From Eledone cirrhosa (Eukaryota), in contig OZ024743.1 of the NCBI GenBank assembly GCA_964016885.1, forward strand, positions 146,630,001 through 146,694,000: DNA of 64,000 nt, read 5' to 3'. Every line of letters starts with the position of its first letter. Position 1 is the stretch's first letter. Under the pieces are notes generated by a model. The model ran no database searches. It was not told the origin of the DNA and saw nothing but the letters and a program-made list of their open reading frames with translations. The translations under genes and the position numbers were made by a program. Positions 26,666-36,117 of the stretch are shown piece by piece.

Positions 26666-28210
26666 GCTTTCTTTGTTAACCACAAGGGTTTACACAAAGT
26701 AGACATTAAGGACAGTACAGGACAATATAGGACGGTACAAATGGGCATTTCTGCGTGTAAAAAAACAAAAACAGAGAATATAACAAAAAAAGAACAATGA
26801 AAAATTCCCCAATAGGGGAGACTTCCGAGGGCCATCGTGGAGAAAGCCCTTTAAAAAAAAGCTACGGTGACCCTGACCACCAGGGCAAGTGCCCTCTCCC
26901 AGTTTTCCTCCTTCAATTTACAAGCATATACTCAGAGTAGGCCCATTCACTCGGGCCATTCTTGTCTCTCTCACCCATCTTTCAACAAAATGCTGGGAAG
27001 AGAGCACTTCCCTCTCTACCCTGATTTTCCTTTTCAAATGAAATTTGAAAAAGTTAATCAGGGTATCACCGAAGAGGTAAGTGGTCGTCTTCAGTCCTTT
27101 CAGATGCATCCACCATACTATCTCTTTCGCCATGGCCACCAGACAGATAAAAACTGCCTGCCCTTCCCGGCTAAAGGAAGAGGGCGGGGCAATCCTCACG
27201 ATGGACTCAGCTGATAGCCGGATTCGTTCTATACGCGACAGCAGGTGTTCAACATAAACCCACAAGTCAGCAATGCTCGGACACTGGACGAGTGCATGCA
27301 GAACGGGTTCGTCGCCCTGCGCACATCTCGGACATGCCCGGCTGATGGCACTTCCATGCCTGTAGAGTTTATCCCGAACTGGCAAAGCTCCTCGGTAGCA
27401 CTGCCAGGCCAGGGATTTCTGGAAATTGTTCATAGGCCCCGACCCGAAAGTTCTTCCGAAGAGATTGGCTAGTTGATTTTCATCAACGCCTAGAGTTTCC
27501 CCAAGTACGTCATCGCTCTTCCCCTCTACTAATCCTCTATAGACCGCCAAGGTGGAGTTTCCACCGATCACATTGCCCGACTGGTCGAGGGCTGTGAGCG
27601 CCTGAAGACATTCCAGTCTCCAAGCGCTCCCTCTTTGTCTTCGCTTGACCCAGGACTGCAGCTCCGTAAAGGAGACGAGCTGGGGAAAGACGCGTCTAGC
27701 AAACGGCGACGACATCTGATCACCGTCGAGGAAGAGATGGAGATGTCGTAGCCTGAGTGCGTGTCTGCAAATCATCAGCCACGGTATGCACAGCCCTCCA
27801 CGTAGCGGGTGTTGACAGCAGATGGACCGCCTGACCATCGGAGCGCATCCCTTCCACAAAAAGCGAAAGAGCAAATGCTCCAGCGCAGTCAGGCGAGGCT
27901 TAGGACAAGGCACGATGGTCAGGCGGTAGTAGATGACGGACGCGATGTACACATTCGCCACCTCCGCTCGATCTTTCAGGGATAGCTTCCTCTCCGCCCA
28001 TTTCTGAGTGAGAGAAGCCACCCTGCTCATCACCTCATCCCAGTTTTTGTCCGTCTGGAGGTCCGGACCAAATCAGACCCCTAGCAATTTAACCGGTCCA
28101 TCCGTCCAGCACCTGACGACGCTGTTGGACGGCATGGACCTGCCTGTCCAGGTGCCGAGCTGCAGGCCCACCGACTTTTCCTGGTTGATCATTGCTCCTG
28201 TCACCGCTTC
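26666..28210 (-). mobile_element. L1/Tx1-clade LINE, 3' part of ORF2 and 3'UTR
   Basis: GAMINQEKS...LLGV*FG, W..RKLSLKDR, FLWKG, GGLCIP, GALPVRDKL, CCHC CPRCAQGDEPVLHALVQC. T-rich 3'UTR ending cccttgtggttaacaaagaaagca-(tta)n. Confidence 0.88.
26918..28033 (-). pseudogene. L1/Tx1-like ORF2 C-terminal remnant (zf-RVT/CCHC), 371 aa
   Basis: ORF track with L1-type post-RT motifs; RT core absent. Confidence 0.8.
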
Positions 28211-28212
28211 AT

Positions 28213-28608
28213 TCTACTTTTGGCCAGCAATTATCGCAGTGTATTACTGGTACTTTATTTTATCGACCTTGTAAGGATGAAAGGCACTGGGATAATTGCT
28301 GGCCTTGTGCCAAAAGTAGAAACAATTATTATTATTATATTATTATTATTAAGGGCGGGGTCGATAAATTAAAGTACCAGTAATACACTGGGCAATAATA
28401 ATTAACATCATCATAAACCCAATGATTTCTAACATTTAATAATGATAATAATATCATAATTTCTTCTAACAGGTACAATACCATAAATTCTGGGGAGGGT
28501 TTAATCAATGAAACCGATCACAGTACTTGATTGGCACTATATTTTATTGACCTTGAAAAGATGAAAGGCGAAATTGATCTGATCTCGGTGAGATTTGAAC
28601 TCAAAATG
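28213..28608. mobile_element. Rearranged or partial SINE family A pieces
   Basis: Minus-strand piece fused to a plus-strand tail at ~28287, an internally deleted copy at 28353-28395, and an old copy at 28457-28608. Confidence 0.7.
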
Positions 28609-28958
28609 TACTGAAAACTCTATCAATAATATTACTAATATCCTCTTATTGACACCAAAGCTTCTATGAGACCAGTAACTGCCTTCAATTTGGCATCATT
28701 TAAAAACCATCAAGACTAACTTCAAGACATTTATCAATCCAAAGGCTTTCAGTTTTGTCCCAATCTGATTCAGAGTGAAATATTTACTTTTCTTTCTTTT
28801 CATGCAGTCTATTTATTTGTTTTTGTTTTGTTTCTATCTATCTTCTTAGACTAACATTTCTTAAAAAGAATTAAAAGAAAAGATTATTATTATTATTATT
28901 ATTATTATTATTGTTGTTGTTGTTGTTGTTGTTGTTAATATTATTATTATTGTCATTA

Positions 28959-28989
<31 letters not shown>

Positions 28990-29198
28990 CATTTCCCTCT
29001 TTATTATAATTTCTCTGTGTGATCGGTAATATCTGCTTGCTTATGGTTGCCTCACAGCAATGCAGTCATTACATTCTCTTTGAAGTCTTGTGTTGTTCAT
29101 CTACACTAGGTCCATTTGTACATCATTAGCACAGGTTTGCAAGCCGCTTTGGCTTGCCTCAGTTGGACTGCAACAATAATGCCCAGAGGTGAGTGAAT

Positions 29199-29208
<10 letters not shown>

Positions 29209-29277
<69 letters not shown>
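29209..29277. repeat. (GA)n microsatellite
   Basis: Seen directly. Confidence 0.95.
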
Positions 29278-29279
<2 letters not shown>

Positions 29280-29889
29280 CACAAAGTAGTAAATGTGTGA
29301 ATTGTTTGCTAATCTTCATGTGTTCTCTTATATTGTATTGTTGTTTTGACACTGTGTGCATCTGTGTAGATACACAGGTGCATACGTATTTACACAAACA
29401 CAAGTCTTTGTGTGCATATTAACACATGCTCAGAGGGAGGAAGAGGGGATATTGATGCAACTACTCAGCACAGAATTTCTGTGTACAAATAACGATGAGT
29501 GAACACATGCAAGTGTCTACACTTGATTGTCACGAACACCTATGTACATGTAAAAAAACACCCTTACATGCATACACACATACACACATACACACATACA
29601 CACATAAATACTCATGCTAGCATGGAAAATGGACCTTAAATGGTGATGATGATGATACATAAACACATTACATACACACAGACATACATATATACATACA
29701 TACATACACACATAGGTACATACATACATATATGTATATATATATGCATATATACATACATATATGTATATATGTATATACTTTTGCCATTGAAATGAAG
29801 CTACATCAGTGATGAAGCCTTCATTTAGCTATTTATCTATTTTTTTCTTTATATCATAAATTCTGAATAATATATATACACATATGCAT

Positions 29890-30518
29890 GTATACATACA
29901 TACATACATGGTGGCTGCCAACTCGTTTTCGAGTACGGCCACTACTTTATATCCATGTAGGAGAACCCCTACCGATGCGCTGAACAAGTGTGACTTTTTA
30001 GTCCAGCCAGCGACTTGAAAACTCTGGCACAAACATTACACTTGTGACAATTATTGACACATAGTGCCAGGCCCATGGTACCATGTGACGGCAAGTGCAG
30101 AGAGATCTCCAGATATAAAGCAATGCCTGTGCCGTGAAGCTTTTATAGTGAGCAAAGGCACTGCACAAAGCCAGTCCCACTCTCTTAACCAAGATGATAT
30201 TTACCAAAAAGAAGAACAAGTCAACATCATTGGATACCATCAGGGCTGCAGGTGTTATATCTGAGTTTTCCTTCTCCTAGAATTCTGCCTTGACAAAGGC
30301 TAAGGGGTCATCTCTCCCGGTGATTTTGGATGGCCATTGACTCTTAAGAGCTCCTTTGCCCTTTGACAGGTTTTGCTTTTAGTCCTGCAGGATGTCCAAA
30401 GTCACCCCCCTCACCAAGAAACCTTGGTGGGGTTGCCAGTTTAGTCGCCAACGACAGGTTGTACTGGGATACATGTACTGGGACAGGTTGTACTGGGATA
30501 CATGTTACCAGTAGCACC
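29890..30518 (-). mobile_element. Internally deleted (bipartite) RTE-type element in (CATA)n
   Basis: Minus strand: 5'UTR-like motifs taagagtcaatggccatcc and tctaggagaaggaaaactc, then a terminal C2H2 finger HKCNVCARVFKSLAGLKSHTCSAHR* and a (TATG)n tail. Confidence 0.65.
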
Positions 30519-30574
30519 ATACATACAAGCATACATACATATATACATACATACATACATACATACATGTATGT

Positions 30575-30605
30575 ATGTATGTATGTATGTATGTATGTAT
30601 GTATG

Positions 30606-30636
<31 letters not shown>

Positions 30637-31555
30637 CATCATGTATAAATTATATACTGGGTGCCTTAACCTGTTCTTACAGGATCACTGTGCTACCAAC
30701 AACATCATAACACCTGAGCAAGCTGGTGGAAAGAGGGAGGTGTGGGGTTGCATAGATCACCTACTAACTAACAAAATGATTCAGGAAAAAACAACAAAGA
30801 ATCGCAGAAACATGACTGTCGTGTGGCTGGACTATCAAAAAGCATTTGATAGTGTACCTCATGGGTGGATTATTAAGGCTTTACAGTTAGCTAAAGTCCC
30901 ACAACCATTAGTAGCTGCTGTTGAACGCCTGACCAAGAACTGGTACACCAATTTGATCCTTAGAGGTGAGAAGGAGCAGGTTAAGACTGATAGGATACAT
31001 TACCAGAAGGGCATCTTTCAGGGTGATAGCTTGTCAGTACTACTCTTCGTTCTCTCACTGAATCCACTATCTTACCTACTCAGGAAACAAGGTGGACAAA
31101 GAAGTGGGCCCAGAAGTATCTCCCATCTTTTCTTTGTTGATGACCTGAAGTTGTATGGGCCAAATATCAATGACATCAAGAAACAATTGGACCTCATTAC
31201 ACAATTTTCAACCGACATCAAAATGAAATTTGGTGAGTCCAAGTGTGCATATTTGGCAGTAAAACGTGGAAGAGCTGTGCCCTCCTCTAGAAATCTAGAT
31301 ATGAACGGCCTGACAATACAACCTCTGCAGTCAGGTGACAACTACAGATATCTTGGACAGGATGAGAATGTCAGATATGATGGACCCATAAATAAGGAGA
31401 GAACCAGAACTGAATACCTCAGAAGAGTAAAAAAAAAAAATATGGTCATCAGAACTGTCAGCATACAACAAATACATTGCCCACAATACCTATGCTGTGC
31501 CAATTCTAACGCCAACATTTGGCCTACTGAACTGGTCATTGCAAGAACTAAGTGA
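30575..31555 (+). pseudogene. RT domain of the R4-like element (ATG comes from the microsatellite; true frame ends at the A12 run)
   Basis: RT motifs present. After A12 (31429-31440) the homologous frame continues as IWSSELSAYNK. Confidence 0.85.
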
Positions 31556-32750
31556 GATGGATGTTAGAACTCGTAAACTTCTCAGTGTTACTGGGAACTT
31601 TAACATCAATGGTGATGTGGATAGGCTATACTTCTCACGCAAGGAAGGTGGCCGGGGTCTAAAATCAATATTAACAACATATGAGACCCGGATAGTAACA
31701 CTGAAGCAACACCTTCAACAGAGGAAAAAGGTTGGCGACCATCTTGCTCAGGTTTATGAGCATGAAAAAAGAAATATCATTAGAATAGCGACTGATCTGG
31801 AGGAGAGATATGGAATAAAGCCTGATATAAATCTCTCACCCAGAGAAATCGGAAGATCCTATTCAATGTTCAAACAAGAAAAAAAAATTGACCAATTTAC
31901 AGAGAAAGTTGTGCATGGATACTTGAGGCGTAAAACACAGACCATAGAGGGGATAAACCACTCAAAAAGCCTGGCATGGAGTTCCGACAAGTTTATGACA
32001 TCACACCTTGAGGGATATCTCTATGCAATACAGGAACAAGAACTCCCTACCAAATATCTGCTGCACAAAAGAGGAGGGCCAGCAGCTGACAATAAATGTA
32101 GGCTATGTAAAACAAAGATCGAGGATGTAAGCCACATTGTTGCCAGCTGCGAAAGAATGTCATCTCGCTACTACCTCCCCATGAGACACGATGGGATAGC
32201 TAGAACTATCTGGAACGCACTTCGGAAAACAAAATTAACAACAAACGAGGAAGAATATATTGAGACAGATGGCACTAAGGAATACTGGTGGAACCTGAAA
32301 ATAAAAACTGCCACCAAATTAAAGCACAACCGGCCTGATATTGTAGTTTGGGACCACACATTGGAAACGTGTTCTGTTGTGGAGATCAGCTGCCCACTTG
32401 ATGTAAACGTTGTCAGAAAAATACAGGAGAAGGAGGACATCTACGGACCATTGATGAGGAGCTTACAAATCCAGTATCCAAGATACACCTTTAGCTTCAT
32501 ACCCATCATTATTGGTGCTACGGGTTATATACCAACCCGCTTGGACCAAAGTATGACCGAACTTGGATTTGCGGACAAAAAGCGCAGCTCCCTAATTCAT
32601 AGTCTACAAATGGCTGCGATAGCTGGCACCTTCAAAATATGCAAAACATTTTTGCGATTCAAGGGATGACAATTTCTTTTCTTTTACAACCTTGCCACCA
32701 GGAAGGTGGCCGGTCAAAAAAATATACTCGAAATTAAGAGAAAGAGAAAA
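30633..32750 (+). mobile_element. R4/Dong-like RLE non-LTR retrotransposon, 5'-truncated, single frameshift
   Basis: DYQKAFDSVPH, IFQGDSLS, HLFFVDDLKLY, GGRGL, CCHC CRLCKTKIEDVSHIVASC, RHD, RPDIVV, VVEIS. Short 3'UTR with hairpin gccacc-aggaa-ggtggc. Flanked by CATA/TATG arrays. Confidence 0.93.
31497..32669 (+). pseudogene. Thumb, CCHC and restriction-like endonuclease part of the R4-like element
   Basis: 390-aa open frame with CCHC, RHD and PD..E motifs. Confidence 0.88.
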
Positions 32751-32760
32751 CATACATACA

Positions 32761-32793
<33 letters not shown>

Positions 32794-32832
32794 GCATACA
32801 TACATACATACATACATACATACATACATACA

Positions 32833-32865
<33 letters not shown>

Positions 32866-32888
32866 GCATACATATATACATACATACA
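32751..32888. repeat. (CATA)n array at the 3' junction of the R4-like element
   Basis: Seen directly. Confidence 0.95.
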
Positions 32889-35106
32889 TTAGGAAATTAC
32901 AAGTACAATCAATTAATGGAACAGTAAAAATATGTAAAACATTCCAAAAATTTTGCATCTAATAACTGCATATACACATGTACAGATACAACGCATATAC
33001 ACATACACACATACAACTCAAAACATACACATCCACACATATAATAACATCCATATCTACACATGCATCCATACATACATATCTACCTAGTTGATGTTGT
33101 GTAAATTCCAATGAGAGAGTCTTGTGTCTATGTTAGAAACCGACTCTCTCTCTATTGGTAAAAATGTGTGAAATTATAAAACCAGAAGAACATACATATG
33201 TACATATGCCATATGTTTAATAAATATATATTTAATCTTGCTCTGAAAATATAATGTAAACAGGGTGCAGAAACTTCAGCAGCTAAAAGTAAGGGATATA
33301 CCAATAAATGTTTCATCTTATGAAAACTCATCAGGGAGGTTTACTTAAAATCCCTGTTAACCTTCACTCTTAACTCCTAAAGGTTCTGTTATCTGTGATT
33401 CTGTTCACAATATATTTTCACAACAATAATAAATATATATATTTATCAAACATATTGCATATCATTTCATATGCACATTTATTCAAAACAATGTTGTGTT
33501 GGTGCTTTCAGTTAAATATGTATATTTATTGGGTTGCCTAAGAATTAGTCTCAAAATAAATAGTTTTTATGAACAGGGTTAACCCCTACTCATGCGATAG
33601 AAGAATCTTGGAAGTATAAATTGCTAACTGCTCATTCTAAATACAAAAGAAAACAGCATGAAATTCAGCTTCCTCCATAGGTAGAACAATGAAAATTGTT
33701 TTAAATAATCATTAAAACATCAAAATAGGAAGCAAAAGAATTCCATGACAATATCACACAATCTGTTTTAACAACTGGGTCTGTTGGGGTACAATGGAGA
33801 TGAGTGTCGAGCTAGCTTTAGAAAATAATACAGATATGAACTGCAGATTACACCAATATTTTAGGATATTTGTGTAGTGGGAAATAACATTATCCCTAGA
33901 TTCACCTAAAGAAATGTCATGGGAAAACAGTTTCCAATTTGCTTATAGTTTATCGAACCTAGAACTGTTTCAATCAAAAGAAAGAAGATAGGTTAGACAT
34001 ATTGAGAGAGTTCTGCTAAGAATAGATAACTTTCAGAAAATAATAAATGAATAAATAGCAATGGTTTGGATACAAGACGATAAAGATATTAGGGATACAG
34101 TTTATGAATTAGCAAAGGAAATAATAGATATAAACTGCAATCCAATTCTATTGCAAGTCAAAACATTTAGCAAAAAAATAATTAGTCAAGGGTAGGAAAA
34201 ATTTTTGGAAGAATCTAGATAAGCTTTCACATTTCAATCCCTCATTATCTCATTCAGATCTGTTAACATTTAAAACATATCAGACAGACACTGAATAATG
34301 TTAATATATGAAGACGATGCTGACTTTGAATAAGCCATTTTCTGTTGAACTATATTTTATCATAAATAGGTCATATAAGATCACCTCCATATTCTTGTGG
34401 AGACTGTCTGAGAGAGAAGGTATCTTGAAGCTGGTCTTTAAAAATCAATCAAGATTTGAGATACAATATATTGTCAAAGACCTACAAACTATAAACAAGA
34501 TCGCTCAGTACATGGAAGCTACAAAAAGATTCAATTCCAGAAATTTTAGTGGCTTTATTATTTTTCACCTTTTTTTTTTATATTGTGCTCCTTTTACCTT
34601 CTGGTGGGCTTTTCTTTCTTTGCTCTGTCTGTCTCGACATTGTTTTTGTTTCTTAACAATAGGGGTACTACATCCTCCCCAGTATGTCATGGCTTACTAG
34701 CTTTATACAGATATTTAAATTGATTATATATATAATATATATACAACAGTATATAGCAGTTATTGATATCATGAGTGCTTTGAATGTAAATGAACTAGAA
34801 CCAAACAAGGAAATGAAGAAGTCATTCTATATATCATCAAGAAGTACTATCTGTCCTGGAAAGGTAGTGAAAATAGATTCTGAGTGCTCCTTTGGAAAAT
34901 ACATAACAAGTTGGGATGCTTAAATACATGCCAGGAAATATATATTAGGTACATATACATGAACCTACAATTTAATTCATTTAAATAAAACATTTAATCA
35001 CTGAGATTGCAAACAAATCAACAGATAGTTAGTACTATAGTTCTACATATATATGAATTAAACAAACAGGCTCACCAGAAAATGCCTTATACATGCAAGC
35101 ATGGAA

Positions 35107-35700
35107 TCATCATCATCATCATCATCACTTAATGTCCATTTTCCCTGCTAGCAAGGGTTGGACAGGTCTACATAGACCATGTCAGTACTGAAGAGGGCCA
35201 CTGACATCCCAGACAGGCAAAGGAGTTCTGCATCCGACTTACGTACAGCCATTATTGAGTGTAGAGGAGAAATTGTTGTGCCTTTTGACACAAACCGAAG
35301 GCTCCTCCTAACCCTTTGTTTGTCAAGCTTTCTATGGTTGGATGCCCTTCCTAACACCAACCACTTCACAACATGTACTGGGTGCTTTTATTGTGTAGAT
35401 CACAAGCACTAGAGAGGGTGTCATGTCTTTGACATAACTAATGGATCCTCCCAAATCTTTGTTTGGCAAGCTTCCTGCAGCTGGATGTCCTTTCTATCAC
35501 CAATCACTTTACAGCATCTACTGGGTGCGTTTATTGTGAGATCATCAATACTAAAGAAGTTGTTGTGCCTTTGACACACTGAAAGGTCCTTGTAACCCTT
35601 TTAGGCAAGGTTTCTTCAAAAAGGTGCCATTCCTGTTACCAACCACCCTTATGGAGTGTACCGGGTGCATTTTTGGAACACCATCAGTAGAGAGGTTGTT
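35107..35700 (-). mobile_element. RTE-tailed non-coding element with three tandem ~140-bp units
   Basis: (ATC)n tail and ccctgctagcaaggg hairpin. The unit ..ggatgcccttcctaacaccaaccac..tactgggtgc.. recurs at ~35340, 35483 and 35622. Confidence 0.65.
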
Positions 35701-36117
35701 GATCATAGACCCAACTGCAAAGCCCTATCAGCTATGGAAAGGAGGCAATAGGGGAGGGAGACAGGTATTAAGTTATAGGTGTTTGTGAGGATGGGTAGGA
35801 GTGGCTGATTAGTATATGAGGATGTAGTGATGTGAGGGATATGGTCAATATGGTGGGGGTAGGAGCCTGATGGAGAGATAGGTAGGAGGTAAAGGATAGG
35901 TGTAGGTGGTCAGTGTATGGGGAGAGGGGATGTAGTAGTGTGGAGGATGTTTTCAACAGAGGGGGGGTCATAGTGGAAAGATAGGAAAGAGGGTAAACAA
36001 GGGGTAGAGAGAGTAGCTACTAGGCTACTATGGTGAGGGTTTCTAAGGTCTTTAGAGGGGTTAAGGATTGGCAATGGGGTTTGAATATAGATATAAAATG
36101 GTTATGATGATGTATGT

